From Camelus dromedarius (Eukaryota), in the NCBI RefSeq assembly GCF_036321535.1, contig NC_087436.1, positions 39,682,001 to 39,746,000 of the forward strand: 64,000 nucleotides of DNA. The letters run 5' to 3'. Every line of letters starts with the position of its first letter. The stretch's first letter is position 1. Positions 11,978-24,711 of the stretch are shown one piece after another. A program made the position numbers and the translations under genes. The notes beneath the pieces are model-generated. The model did not search any database. It saw only the letters and a list, made by a program, of their open reading frames with translations, and had not been told where the DNA came from.

Positions 11978-14900
11978 TACTTGAGTAAGTTGTAATGTTT
12001 AAAAAATTAATAAGTCCTCATAATTATATTAGAACTTAAAAAAAAACTGAAATGGATTTCCTAATTAGAAAATTTAAATATAGGTAGGATTGAAAAATGT
12101 GACTTAATAGTTTGCAAAATATTTTTATAATCCAATTTTATTAAACTCTTAGATGATTCTATGTATTAGCTACAGGTGAAGCAGAGGTTCAAGGTACAGA
12201 CTTTCAGGGGTTCAAGTTAGTGGTAGAAAGAAAATTTAAACTCTGATCCTTTAACTCCTTTGAATAAACTTCTCTCATTCTTGTCAAAAGGAACTTTTAT
12301 TTCTGGTAGTGTGACATTGTAAATCCATGCTATATAATTAAATTAAAGAACAGAAAATGCATTGTTATTTAAACTGCAAAAAAGCTGGTGATTATTCTAA
12401 ATCCAACAACTCTGTTTTCCCTCTCACATTATGAAAAATAAAATTCTACAATGTTTCTTACATTTGGTGCAATTTTAGCTATAGTCACTTTTCTGCTTGA
12501 TGAAGGTACAGTGAGTAGAGGATTCTGCCTCTAGGAAGGAGGTAAAATAAAAAGCTAGTGAAAGGTGTGAAAATTTGCTTTTTTCCTGTTTATTGATGAC
12601 TTGCTTTATACATTTGATGTACAACTCCAGATTCCATTTTGTTGCTGTTTTATTTTCTAAGTTTCTATGTAAGGTAAAATAATCTAATGATTTGCCATTT
12701 TAAGAAAAAATTTCAACTTCAGAGAGAGGCAGCATTTTCTTTAATTTTTTTCTTTTAACCAAAGCACATTTAATGATAGTAACTCAAATGTTATCACTTG
12801 GGTGTTCCCAGGGTAGTTCTTGTTCAAGGTGTTGGTGTCCTTGTAAATCTCACCATTAGACTGTGGTTGTGTTCCAACCCAAGGCTCATGTTTTGAGTCC
12901 CCAGCTATATCTTTGACCAGAAACCACATATCAAATGTTAGTCATCTTTCTCTGTAGCCAGAACCACAGTAATATGGTTCTGGTGACCACTGTGTAGCTG
13001 AATAGGTAGAGTTGAGTACACCCAGCAAGAAAGGATGATATTTCTAACGACTGATTTCTGTAAATCATGGTTGAAACTCAATGGACACTGTGTAACTATT
13101 TCCAAATAATAACACCTTGTTTAAAAATGGAATTAAAAAATTCCATAAAAGTCAAGGACGTGATATGGCAGAAACAATATTGAACATGGAATCAAGGGTC
13201 CTGAGTTCTGCCCATTTATTTAAGTATTTCTCAAACATACTCTCTGAATCAGAATAATCAGTAATATTTGCTAAAATGCAGATCCCCCAAATTCTGCCTA
13301 AATGCATTAAATTAGAATCTTTGAAGGAGACATATTGGGAAGCTATATTTTTACCAATTGCCTTAAGTGATTCTCTATTCGTATTTGTTTCCTCAATTTT
13401 CCTTATTTTAAGTTTCTTTTATTTCCTACCTCTGTTGATCCCATTAGTCTTTAAGTACCATGTTTTTGGGCACAGTAGTTATTTTGTTTAAGTTATTATC
13501 ACTTCTATAGATGAAAAAATTACAATCTACAAGTATAGTTAATGATTAACCTTAACAGCATTGTATTCATCTTTTATTTACTTATCTGCTCTTTTTGACA
13601 TAAACCTTCAGAAAAATTTAGTGCTATGTGATTTCCCTTGCTCTTGATTTTAGAATATACAGGAATAACGTTTCTCCTCATAAAAAATATAATATTGGTG
13701 TTATGTTATGCCCTTCAAAGAAGATATATAACAGAGATGAAGGAGATACTCATACAATCTTAACGATCACACTGCCAACAAATCCTATAATGATTCCACA
13801 GTCAGATTTTATTTCAACAAGATTTTGGTACTGAAGAAAAGCCCTGAAAGTAAAACTGGAATGATTGAAGAGCTTTGAAGAGGGATGAAGAGAATAATAA
13901 AATGAAATTATTGAGGGAGGTACTAAAATCAGGGATGATGATGAATCTTCACTCCTCTAAGTACCACAGCTTCCCAAGAGCAGTGGATTCTTGTAAAATC
14001 CCTCCGAGTAGCATTTTAGCTTGATTAAAAAAATGTATATATATTACTTCTTCTTATTAACATCACGTCCCATGGCATCCTGGCTGAATTGTGGGGGAAA
14101 AAACACATAAACCCTTTGTAAAAATAAGGACACTGTAGTATGAAATAAGTTTTTTAAATGTGGAGGAAGAAAGGAGACTATAGACCTGAAATTGAGTGTG
14201 CTCTACTTGGTTGTCTGAGATAATATTTGAGGCCTGTGATTGAGACAAATCACAGTGTGACTGGTCCCCATGCCCCAAACATCTTCATATCTCATATGCC
14301 AAAAGTTTTACATTGGAAAGATCAGATTACAATTTTCCATCAAAGATAATGGGAAAAATATAAAAACAAACATTCGGCCTGAGGCCTTTATGCAACAGTA
14401 GGAAGAAAGAATATAATCTTTATGTCTTGGGAATAATGTGATTTCTGTAGATCAGTCATTTGTAAAAAGCACGGGCTGAACATTAATCTTCCTTTTCCCT
14501 CTATCATTTTGGTACTGGAACCCCAGGATTAAGTTTGAGATTTTTAGCTTTAGTTATTGGCTTCCAATTCAGGAGGAAATGATTTTCCTCATCTCCTAAA
14601 CTGCAAAGTTAAAATAATAAAGAACTTAAATTGGAATACTAGATATCCCTAAGAACATTTCAGGGTGTGTTTATCACTGCTTAAATACTGGCTTATAACA
14701 ACCAATTAAAAAAACAAATCACAGCTCTAGGGTTTTTATAGTGTCAGATGTCAGAAGCGTTGTTTTTTGAAAGTGGGTAAACAAAAAATTACAAAATATT
14801 TGTAAGAATGTATATAGCAAAAATCAACAGAATTGAGGCACTTTTTCCAGGTGCCCTCTTAAAAGCTCATCAATCTATTTCACCTCTGTTTATTGAACAC

Positions 14901-15306
14901 ATGATATTAATCAGCATGTTTTCTACAATGAATTTCCTTCTAATCCTTGTTATAATAGCTTTAAAGCAGACCTCTAAGGAATGCCCCAGTCAAAAGACAG
15001 AAGTATAGTAAAAGAACAAGAAGGAACTCAGGAATAAACAGTTGAGCTAGAGTTTCTAATAAATTATTAATTATTAAAAGTAATTAATTCATAATCTGCG
15101 TATTATATATGTTATCTACAGGCTAAGACTGTAAGGTTTTCACCTACCAAAAATGATTGACTGAATTTGTCTCTACTTCTGTATTACCTAATAAAAGATA
15201 GTTAAGGTAAATTTAGAACAGCTAGAATTTGAAGCATGTTTGTTTTATGTTTACTAAGCTATATTGTTTGCCAACATGAGGTCTTTTTTGAGCATGAAAT
15301 TTCTGG

Positions 15307-15471
15307 TTACATCATGTCTAATTTTTGTAATTCCAGCAACCATTTGGAACTTGTTCCCGATCGTAGATTAGTGAAAGTGGATTCTGTGCCTTTAGCAAAG
15401 GAATATAACCTTTCTTTGTGTAACTGCTGTAATATTTCTTCTCTTTGACACCAACAATGTCCAAAGTACTC
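15307..15471 (-). pseudogene. Pseudo-exon: EYFGHCWCQREEILQQLHKERLYSFAKGTESTFTNLRSGTSSKWLLELQKLDMM*
   Basis: Acceptor ...gtaccttgatag, then 54 uninterrupted codons. Phase-0 junction with the upstream exon across a 99-nt intron. May end at the stop or at AT|gtaacc. Confidence 0.6.
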
Positions 15472-15570
15472 CTATCAAGGTACATATGGTACAAATGGAA
15501 CAAACATGAAATGATTTATGCACTCTTGAGTGTGTCCTATCCCTTATTAAATGAAGACAAATTACTGTAC

Positions 15571-15985
15571 TTTGCAGGGATGCATTCTCCACCCTCCTAC
15601 CCCCTCCATAAATTCATTCTTTGTAGATTTCAAGAGCTCGGTCTTAGGTCTAATGGAAATGTGTTTTAACATACTACCACTGTTTTCCCACTTTCTGATG
15701 TCTGCTATGTATATGATCAGTGCAGTGTTCCTGTAGGGAATCTTGGTTGGATTCCATTTTGGACAGAACCCTGCATATATAGGTTTTAGATTTTTTTCTT
15801 TACATTACTTGTTCTTAGATAATTTCTACTGAAAGATTTCCAATGGTGTATGTGATATCCAGGGTTTTGATTTATATGCCTTTACTCTCTATTTTCCTTT
15901 TACATGTGTGTCATTTTTATGAGGTCATTAATGAACTTTCTACTAGGTCACTTCGGTTAAAGTACTTCAGTGCAAAGAATGGCTT
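15571..15985 (-). pseudogene. Pseudo-exon ending ...AGFCPKWNPTKIPYRNTALIIYIADIRKWENSGSMLKHISIRPKTELLKSTKNEFMEGVGGWRMHPCK
   Basis: 78 open codons (15571-15804), donor AAA|gtacag. The upstream part needs a frameshift in an A7 run and contains stops. Confidence 0.5.
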
Positions 15986-16125
15986 TTAGGGATCAATAAT
16001 TATGGTGAATAAAGTAATGTATTAATGTAGAAAAGGAGCATTTATATTAACTTCATAAATGAACACTATCTGGTCGTTTAATGGACAAGCTCACTCCAAT
16101 CACTCTATAGATTATTACCACTCAC

Positions 16126-16314
16126 AGTCTGCTGTTTTATCAGCAAATGTTAAAGCAAAGAATTAAGAATTTTTGAGAAGCCAAAGAAAGACGATGTGAT
16201 CTCATCCTTAAGCCTCAGGGAAATATTTTGCATAAAATCTGTTTCCAGACGCTTGCTCTTAAGTTTAGGATTGTGGAGGTCCTTTGATTTTCCTTGTTTG
16301 ATTCTGCCAATGTG
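16126..16314 (-). pseudogene. Pseudo-exon (189 nt, phase 0-0): HIGRIKQGK...FSKILNSLL*HLLIKQQT
   Basis: Acceptor tttcccgtttgacctttcag, donor ACT|gtgagt, single in-frame TAA. Confidence 0.6.
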
Positions 16315-16546
16315 CTGAAAGGTCAAACGGGAAAGACAATTAAGTAATTTGGATACTGAAAGGCTTATTGTTCTAAAATTAAGTAGAACACATTCCATTG
16401 CTAGAGAAGTGAATAGTTGTTTATATTTATGTAAAAAGGAAACCTTCAGCTAAATCTGTATTACAAATATGTAACAGTATAATTGTCAATCTATTTAGGA
16501 GCCAAAGATTTAATTTTAAAGTACTTAAAAAATCTTTTAATATTAC

Positions 16547-16809
16547 TCTGTAATTGAAAGGCCAAAAACATGGTCTGATGTGAACAACAGAAGACGACCT
16601 CTAAAATTTTTGCAGATCAATTAACTGGACTTTATTTTTAATAACAATTCTTGTTCCTTGTGCAGCAGAAAGGAGGGCATCCAGTTGCTAAATGTGTTAT
16701 CCAATTCTCATCTCATTTTAATAATGAAGCCATCAAAATTGGAGGAATTAACCAACTTGTTGAATTCTACATTTTAAGTAAAGCGATAGAACAATTCAAG
16801 TATTTTGAG
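16547..16809 (-). pseudogene. Pseudo-exon: LKILELFYRFT*NVEFNKLVNSSNFDGFIIKMR*ELDNTFSNWMPSFLLHKEQELLLKIKSS*LICKNFRGRLLLF...
   Basis: Strong acceptor ttttcctttcag. 87 codons with 3 stops, each compatible with a C>T change from CAA/CGA. Donor gtaata. Confidence 0.6.
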
Positions 16810-17099
16810 CTGAAAGGAAAATCTAAAAGGCACAAAAATCAGAGGAAATTATAGATGAGATAATCCCCAAATCCAAAATAACGATACAAACTTTGTCTCC
16901 AGTTGCTTAGAAAAATCCTTCTACTACTTTTGTATATTCTGGAAAATTATCAATTCTTAACTTCTCAAAATAAGATTTCCTTCTTTATGTAATTATTGAG
17001 TATGTTCTAAAATGAATAAATAGCATTAAATTAAAATGTTCAATTTCAAAATTTTTTCAGGCACCAAAATATTTTATGTTTTACTTTGATTTATATTAG

Positions 17100-18100
17100 T
17101 ATTTACTAATAATTATTGATTATCATTTCCTTGAACCTGTATAGTATCTGGGGATGATTAATGTATCCAGAGCTTTGTCTTTCATTCAGGAATATGCCTG
17201 CATTTGTTCCAATCTTTTCAAAAAATCTATCTCACAATATTTTTAAAGTTTTCTTCATAGGTCATTCATATTAAGCTTATATTTTCATATTTCATGTATT
17301 TTTTTTGCTATTGTGAATGTGGATCTTTTAAAATTATTGTTGATTATTATAATCTAAATATTTGGAATATTTCTGCTTTTTCATAATGTGCTATTGCATT
17401 TAGATCATTTTTAATCCATTTATTTGGTTCATTGCAGCTATGTAGAATATGCCTTTGATTTTAGCAAAACCTATTTGTCAATTTTGACTAGCAGTAATTT
17501 ATAAGAGAAGTGTTTCCCACCAAAGGATTAGTCACACTAAAGACTACTTGTAGATGTTTCAAAATTATTTTTCTGTGTAGTTTTACTTGGCTACTTTTTT
17601 GCATTTTCTTAATAAATCTAAGAGTTTTATGGTTGGATCTCTTAAGTTTCCTAGGCAATCACATAGCATAAAAAACTGTAACTTTGATCTTTCTTTTCCA
17701 ATTGAAATATATATTTGTTATTTTCTTTTTTGATTTATTTTTGGCAGTAAACAGAAATTTCAGGATAAAATTTTGGTATTGATAGGTGACAGTACTGGCT
17801 TGTTTCCAGTATGAGTAGGATACCTCTGGTATTTGGCATTGGGTAACTTTTTTTTTATAGGTTGTATTTATCCCATTAAAAATGGCAAATTTTACTCCAA
17901 GCTTAATATACTTTTCTTTTAATCAAAAGCCTTTTCAACATCTGAGATAGTATTATATTTTCAAATTTGATCTATTCATTTAATTATTATATAAATAATT
18001 CTTATTTATTAGAATACTCACACCTTCCTTCCTCCCTCCCTCCCTTCTTTCCTTCCTTCCTTTTCTTCTCCAGTAATCAATGCATTATGTACCTGCCATA
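17100..18100 (-). mobile_element. Ancient L1M fragments
   Basis: T-rich antisense L1-type text (ttttttgctattgtgaatg; aactttgatctttcttttccaatt; aaaagccttttcaacatctgagat). Confidence 0.6.
17419..17588 (+). repeat. Left arm of a ~170-bp inverted duplication
   Basis: 17419-17448 is the exact reverse complement of 18736-18765. Gapped similarity continues to 17588/18601. Confidence 0.9.
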
Positions 18101-18398
18101 GATTATTCTTTAAATGTAAACATTTTAATCTTTAACTATAAGTAATATTAGTTGATAAAAAAGATCCTTGATTGGACATTATTTTCTTTGGCGTATTCTT
18201 CAAAAAGTTATGTGAAACACTTACTGAGTTCTTTTTCAGAAACTATATTCTGTAGTACAAATCTTAGGAACTATGTTTGTTGTGCCTGACAGCTCTTCCA
18301 AAATGCAATTAAGGGTTTTTTTAAAGGACATATGGAAGCCTACCAAACAAAAATAAAGAACAGTTTTTGCAAATTACATACTTAGTGCAGAAACTTAC

Positions 18399-18449
18399 CT
18401 CATTTTCAGCATTATAAAGACATATTTAATATCAGTCCACTTTAAAGCA
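18399..18449 (-). pseudogene. Small pseudo-exon (51 nt): ALKWTDIKYVF/(Y)NAENE
   Basis: Acceptor ttatttttctttaaaatag and consensus donor GAG|gtaagt. Restoring one base in a T-run joins both neighbours in phase. Confidence 0.6.
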
Positions 18450-18600
18450 CTATTTTAAAGAAAAATAATGGGAAATAAAGTTAGATAACTAACATTAATG
18501 TTTAGATTTTTTTCAAATCTGGAACCCAATTTCATGACTATTATCTTTAAATGTGCTGTATTTATTATTTATTTATTATTATTATCTATGATTTTGGTTA

Positions 18601-18765
18601 AAGCAAACTACACAGAAAAATAATATCGGGACATCTGCAAATTGTCATTTGTGTGATAATCCTTTATGTGGGAAACACACTCTTCTCATAAATTACTGCT
18701 AAGTCAAAATTAGACAAATAGGCTTTTGGAAATCAATTCTACATAGCTGCAATGAACCAAATAAA
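18601..18765 (-). repeat. Right arm of the inverted duplication
   Basis: Pairs with 17419-17588. Confidence 0.9.
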
Positions 18766-18847
18766 CAAAGAACTATCCAACTGCAAAAGCACTTGAAGGA
18801 AAAACAGAAAGTATGTGTTTTGCTGGTGGCAAATGAGAACATCTTGC

Positions 18848-18947
18848 CTTTGTAACCCTCTTAAGAATATTTTGTGTTTAGCTACAATTGTAAAGTTGAA
18901 GCTACATAAAATTTCCTGAGTTGTTTCGCAGTTATTATGAACCCAAC
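18848..18947 (-). pseudogene. Pseudo-exon (100 nt): (G)WVHNNCETTQEILCSFNFTIVAKHKIFLRGLQ
   Basis: Acceptor gtttttttaatag. Phase 1 matches the upstream donor G|gtgata. Ends AG|gcaaga (GC donor or mutated GT). No stop. Confidence 0.6.
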
Positions 18948-19054
18948 CTATTAAAAAAACACTTTGTTTATTCAAGACAGCCATTAGAAGGAACTTTAAA
19001 TGCATCTTATTTAGAAGATCAAGTATGTAGAACTATTCCAGAACTAAATGCAAA

Positions 19055-19161
19055 GGAAGGGTATAGCTTAGTGGTAGAGCACATGCTTAGCATGCATGAA
19101 GTACTGGGTTCAATCCCCAGTACTTCCATTAAAAACAAAAACCAATAAAACAAAGAAAGAA
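19055..19161 (+). mobile_element. tRNA-derived SINE (camelid Vic-1-like)
   Basis: A/B boxes gtatagcttagtggtagagc...gggttcaatcccc, A-rich tail, 15-bp TSD agaactaaatg(c/a)aaa. Confidence 0.9.
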
Positions 19162-19267
19162 AGAACTAAATGAAAATACCATGAACAGAGTTATTTGACA
19201 GTTGAGTATATTTAGAATACTAGAATATACTTGAATATTAGATAGTTGAGTGTATTATAGGTATCAC

Positions 19268-19492
19268 CTTTAGAAAAAAATAATTCCATGTAGTTGGCTA
19301 TTTCATGATAAATTATCATGTTGATAGCAGTGCATGTTGGGATAAACTGAGGAAAGTTCTTTCTCATCTCATTTTTTTATAGCATCCCTGTGGCGTTAGG
19401 ACTCATCACGAGGGTATCGCATTTCTACTTTTTATTTTGGAAAAGAAAAATTATCTGTTTGACCCAGTATACCGAGTCCCATGTTAAAATTT
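19268..19492 (-). pseudogene. Pseudo-exon: NFNMGLGILGQTDNFSFPK*KVEMRYPRDES*RHRDAI/KNEMRKNFPQFIPTCTAINMIIYHEIANYMELFFSKG
   Basis: Two stops and a +1 frameshift in an A7 run. MRKNFPQFI is RGS helix-8-like. Phase-1 donor. Confidence 0.55.
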
Positions 19493-19519
19493 CTGGCATT
19501 AGTAATATTCAAAAGAAGG

Positions 19520-20090
19520 CAAATTTAAACAATAATGAGGCCATTTTAGCATCTTTTAAATTAGTATAGACATTAAAAATGATAATAACTGAATGCTGGC
19601 AAGTTCCCAATAAAGCTGATACATTAAATGTGAATTCATATACCTCTTGGAAAGTAATTTGGATATATACATATATATCCTACACCATAGAAAAGTTTAT
19701 GCTCTCTGACTCTGTAATTCTACTATTGAGAATTTACCCTGAGGAAACTCCTCAAAAGAAGTTTTAAAAAAAGCTATGAACATAAAGAACCTTATTGCAA
19801 CCACGATTATAGTGAAAAATCGGCAATAAGTTGAATACTAAAAACATGGTAAAACTTAAGTAAATCAACGTCTAGATGGATGATGTTATATTCTGGTGTC
19901 ATCAAGTAAAAATTATGAAGATTGTTGAACATAGAAAAGTGTTTGGGATGTCAGGCTAAATGACAAAATGTGAGAAGCAAAATTTTGTGTACTCAAACCA
20001 TGAACTCAAGTCCATATGTACGTATCCTGGAAAAAAAGCTAAAAACTGGCTTTAGAGAAGTAAATTATATATTTTTTCTTTTAAAATATA
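19520..20090 (+). mobile_element. Old L1M 3' fragment
   Basis: ttggaaagtaatttgg...tgactctgtaattctactattgagaatttaccct pattern. Confidence 0.7.
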
Positions 20091-20099
20091 TGTTGACAT

Positions 20100-20359
20100 T
20101 TTAAATATGTGTGTTGCATTTCAGTGGCTAATTAGCCAATGGTTTATTGATAATTTATTGAAATATTCATGAAAAAGAATTCTTCCTGAAGTTCATAGCT
20201 GAAGCCCCATCCACTTTATATTTAACATTACGGCGTCATCACACTATCGAAAACATATGCAGAGTAGGATGGTTTCAGTGAATCTACTGTGAAGATATGT
20301 GTGATCTGACACATCACTTAAGTTTGCTTAGCTGATAAAATATGTTCCATATATTACAT
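20100..20359 (-). pseudogene. Pseudo-exon: ...LLCICFR*CDDAVMLNIKWMGLQL*TSGRILFHEYFNKLSINHWLISH
   Basis: Single frame with 4 stops. SGRILFHEYF is RGS helix-3-like. Donor unclear. Confidence 0.45.
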
Positions 20360-21366
20360 CTACATATATATAATTCATTATTTTGCCAAACACATTGGTA
20401 TTTGCTTCAAACAAAATCGTATATATAATCACGAAGGTAGTTAAGCCTTAGAGTGATAAGTAAAATTGTAGAGCAGGGTTATAGTATTTGGTAAAGAAAA
20501 AGATGTACAGGGAAAATAACAAAATAAATTATTTATAGAATTGAATGAATACATATACATGCATGAACATATACATGTCGAATCACATTCTGCCCTTTCT
20601 CAGTGTATATCTGAGGTACTTAGGCATTTGGGAAGCTCAGCAATCATGTAGATCAGGCGTTGTAAACTCAAATCCTCCAAGGGCCAGACTACTGCACTAA
20701 GAAGCAAAGCTGTTTGGGTTTCGTTTACAGTTTGTGACCCATCCGAAGAGGGTCAGCATTAAAATGAATTTATATGAAGAAAATGAAAACACAATGGGTC
20801 AAGCAAAATACATTTATTTGCATGTCATACCCAGCTCAGAGCAGCTAGTTTGTGATCTTGAGTCCTAGTACAAATTCTATTTTATCCTATCCTATCCTAT
20901 CCTAGAACTAAAGCATGACACTCTGAAAAGAGAAACGACTTGTCTAAGAGCACAGCAAATTACTCACAGGATTGCTTCTAGAACCCGGGCTTCTGAGCCT
21001 TTGGTTTTTCTGGTGAAACTGATTTTTTTTTTGGTTGGCTAAGGAAGAATTCTATGTTAAAAAGTAAAACTACAGAACATGGAGAATATTTTATTTGTAT
21101 GGTACATTTAATTTTAGTGCTATGCTTCTAAAACTACTTTTGCCCACATCTCCCAAAACTCAGATTTCCCCTGAAAGTCAAATAAACAGCAACCTTACTT
21201 CTCTCATGTATACACATACAAACTGAGTGTGAAGTTTGCTAATATCTGCTAATTCTGCTAATATCAGAGCAAATGATTCCTTTCAAAATAGGGCATCACA
21301 AGGAAAAGTAGAAACCTGGCCATCTTTCTATAACCCAAGTGACATTGGCTTTTGAGACCCTATTTT

Positions 21367-22222
21367 TGTTTGTTTGTTTGTTTTTTTAGTGACAGCTTAA
21401 AGATTTATTTTTAATTTTTTTAAGTGACAGCTTAAAGATATATAGAGATAATTCACACACCACAAAACTCACCCATCTAATGTACAATTCATCAGGTTTC
21501 AGTATATCCAGTTACACAGCCGTCCTCGCTGTCTAACTCCAGAACATATTCTTTACCCCAAAGAGAAACACTATACTCACTGGTTACTCCTAATTCCTCA
21601 CAAACCCTAATTTTTAAACACCCATTTACCTTCTGTCTCTGGACTTGCCTATTCTGCACATTTCATGAATTATAAGATACATGGCCCTTTGTGACTGGCT
21701 TTTTTCACTAGCGTGTTTTCAAGGTTTGTCCATGTGGATGTATCCGTGCTTCATCTCTTTTTATGGCCGAATACCATTCCATTGTATGGATATAGCACAT
21801 ATTTTTTATCTATTCACCAGTTGATGGACATTTAGGTGGTTTCTCCTTTTTGACCATTTTGAGTTATCTTGCCATGAACAGCGGTGTTCTAGTTTTTGGG
21901 TCACTCTATGTTTTCATTTCTTTTGGGTATATACTTGGCAATGGAATTACAAGGTCATTTAACTTTCTGAAGAACCACCAAACTGTTTTCATAGTAGCCG
22001 CACTGTTTTACATTCCCACCAGCAATGTATGGGAGTTCCTGTAGCTCCATAATCTCACCAACACTTACTGTCCAATTTTTTGATCATAGCCATCCTAGAG
22101 GCCATGAAGTCAAAATTGAGTGATTTTGCACTGTGGTTTTGACTTGTATTTTCTTAATGACTAATGTGTTGGACATGTTTTTATGTGCTTATTGGCCATT
22201 TGTATATTTCTTTGGAGAAATG
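21367..22222 (-). mobile_element. 5'-truncated L1 (L1MA/MB-like) 3' end
   Basis: Antisense L1 3' text, with a 14-bp TSD tgagaccctatttt at 21353-21366 and 22223-22236. Confidence 0.9.
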
Positions 22223-22703
22223 TGAGACCCTATTTTGAATGGAGTTGTTGGTGCTGCCTAACTCATTTGTCAAATGTCTGCTCCAAGGAGGAGGGCTTCA
22301 GAATGTTGAACTCTGGATCTTCTAGCAGTTTCAGAATAATGAATGATTTGCAATATTATTCACATTTTAACATCTCTTATGTCTAATAAGTCACATTCTC
22401 TAACCCAACACAGTGCTTGCATTATAATTTTTTTCTCTCATTAACATAGCACTCCTAATTTTGCCAATCAACTCAAAGGCCCTCCGTTTACAAGAAATTT
22501 TCATATACATTAAGCAATGATTATCATAAAAAAATCCTTTAGAACCAAATACATAATTCTGGGTCTCCCTTCTTTAGTCTTCTTCTTTTTCAGCCTCATC
22601 TGTCTTCCAGTCATCAATAAATCTTCCTAAAACATGGCTTAGATTAGGTCATTTCTCTGCTCAAAAACTTTGAGTATTTGTCATTAGAGATTATTATCTA
22701 AGC

Positions 22704-23271
22704 CAATGGTTTCCAGACGATGAACACTTGGAGTACTGCAGTAAATTCACAGAGATGCCACAGAATTTTTGTAAAAATTGAAGGAAGGACAGTGTACATC
22801 TTCCTCACACTGTTGAAATTACTATCTCAAGGTAGTTTGCAATATTAATATTTGATTATGCTACAGTTCCTTTTGGTGACATCTTACTTTTTCAAAGGTG
22901 AGTTTTCAACAATTGCTGTGACAAGAAGCAAGTACCTCTTGGAAAACAGTACAGGACATGAATTGAGGATGGTGGCATCCAGTCTGATTTTGACTCTTTA
23001 GAAATTGTGCAGGGCCAGGAGGCATACACATCCCATTAGTAAAACTGTGATTGCTTAAGAAAGAAAGAAAATAGAATTTTTTCTTTAAATGTATATACAC
23101 TTATTTTTTCAAATAATTACTAACTTGTTAGGACATAAATATATATTACGTTGTTTGAACCTAACTACTTAATAAATGAAGATATTAAGCACTTCTTTTG
23201 GTCTAGAGTTGCCGTGAAAAAATTACTGATACAAAAAGGGTACCAGGAACCGAGAAGATTTGGGAATCTCT
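22704..23271 (-). mobile_element. hAT-Charlie non-autonomous element
   Basis: caatggtttccaga...tttgggaatctctg TIR-like ends and Charlie-type subterminal text. Confidence 0.65.
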
Positions 23272-23725
23272 GACTAAGCCTTTTAGCCTTGTGTTCAGTG
23301 GTTTTAAAATATTTCCCCAATTCTTTTAAATTTATGTTAGACTGTTTCCTTACTTTAGTACTCTTTTATTTCTTGAATCATGCCTTCATTGTCTCTTGAT
23401 CCTGGTTCTTCCAGTCAGTACTTTGCATATGTACCTCCCAACCTGCACTTTTGCCCATATGCTTTCCACACAAAATATTAATTTGCATTTTGTCATCTCT
23501 TTTTCCCTCCCTTGTCCAAACAGGTTCTCAGGCTTTTGTAGATCCTTGAATAAAGAGGGAGAAGGGATGCCTTCTAGTCCAAAAGTAGAAGTTGTTTATA
23601 GACAAACTGTTTTCCAGATTTTGTTTTATTCAGAAGGTCACAGTCCTTGAGAGATTTATGTTTGGGATTGAAGGAGAACAGGAAGGGGACTGTGTTGAAG
23701 GTGGAGAAAAAAGAGAAAAGGAGAG

Positions 23726-24177
23726 TGTACTAGTTCCCTAGGGTTACTGCAACAAATTCACATAAACTTCTTAACTTTAAAAAACAGAAATTCATTCTCT
23801 TACAGTTCTGGATACCAGAAGTCCAAAATCAAGAAGTCAGCAGCATTGGTTCCTTCTGGAGGCTCTGAGGGAGAATCTGTTCCAGGTCTCTCTCCTAGCT
23901 TCTGGTGATTGCTGGCAATCCTTGGTGTTCCTTGGCTTGGAGACACATCACTTCATCCTTGGCTTCCATCTTCATGAGGTAACCTCTATGTCTCTGTGTC
24001 CTCTCTTCTTTTTATAATGACACTTGCACTGGATTTGCGGCCCACCCTAAACCCAGGATGATTTCACCTCAAGATCCTTAACTAATTGCATCTGCAAAGA
24101 CCCTATTTCCAAATAAGGTCATATTCTGCGATTTCAGGGAAACATGGATATGGGGGAACACTAGTCATCCCACTACA
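23726..24177 (-). mobile_element. MLT1C-like solo LTR
   Basis: Typical MLT1 text and a 5-bp TSD gagag on both sides. Confidence 0.9.
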
Positions 24178-24711
24178 GAGAGTGATACTCTCTGGGAATG
24201 TTAGGAGATTGGGTGGCACAGTGTGAAGAGGAATGAAGGGGTTCCTGTCTCACCAAGTAGAAGAAAACTTGGGTATCAGGACTCTGGCATAAACCAAGAT
24301 TCTCCTGTCCAAACTTGGCATAGAAATGGCAGTCACCTGCCTGCAAAGAACCACACAGACTTGAGTCATATTTGATTTGAGCAAAGTAATTTCATGATCT
24401 TTGCACATTCGAGTCTGTAGAACATAGTATGTCACTACCCTAGTCTAAGACTAAGCTCAAATTCTCTTTCTCAGGGAAAACTCAGGCTGAAGTCATTCTT
24501 TTTCTCTTTGTAGTGATTTTGGTAATTAATACTGTGTTGCTTCATCTCATTTTTCCCTTTTGAAGTGTTTGCATTTTAAACATGTGAAACTATTTATCAT
24601 TTCATGTCTTTATATTGTTTCCCTCCTATATTAGATTTTAGCTCCACTAAGGAAGGGACTGTGTAGCCATCATGATTCTTACCATCATGCATTCACTAGA
24701 TGTGGATTTAA

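Noticed and set aside
16590..16625. IQ-motif-like LICKNFRGRLL in the pseudo-exon
   Set aside because: It lacks the Q and the distal R of IQxxxRGxxxR, so it is too weak to call.
19055..19128. tRNA-like sequence as a real tRNA gene
   Set aside because: Diverged stems, an A-rich tail, TSDs and multiple copies mark it as a SINE.
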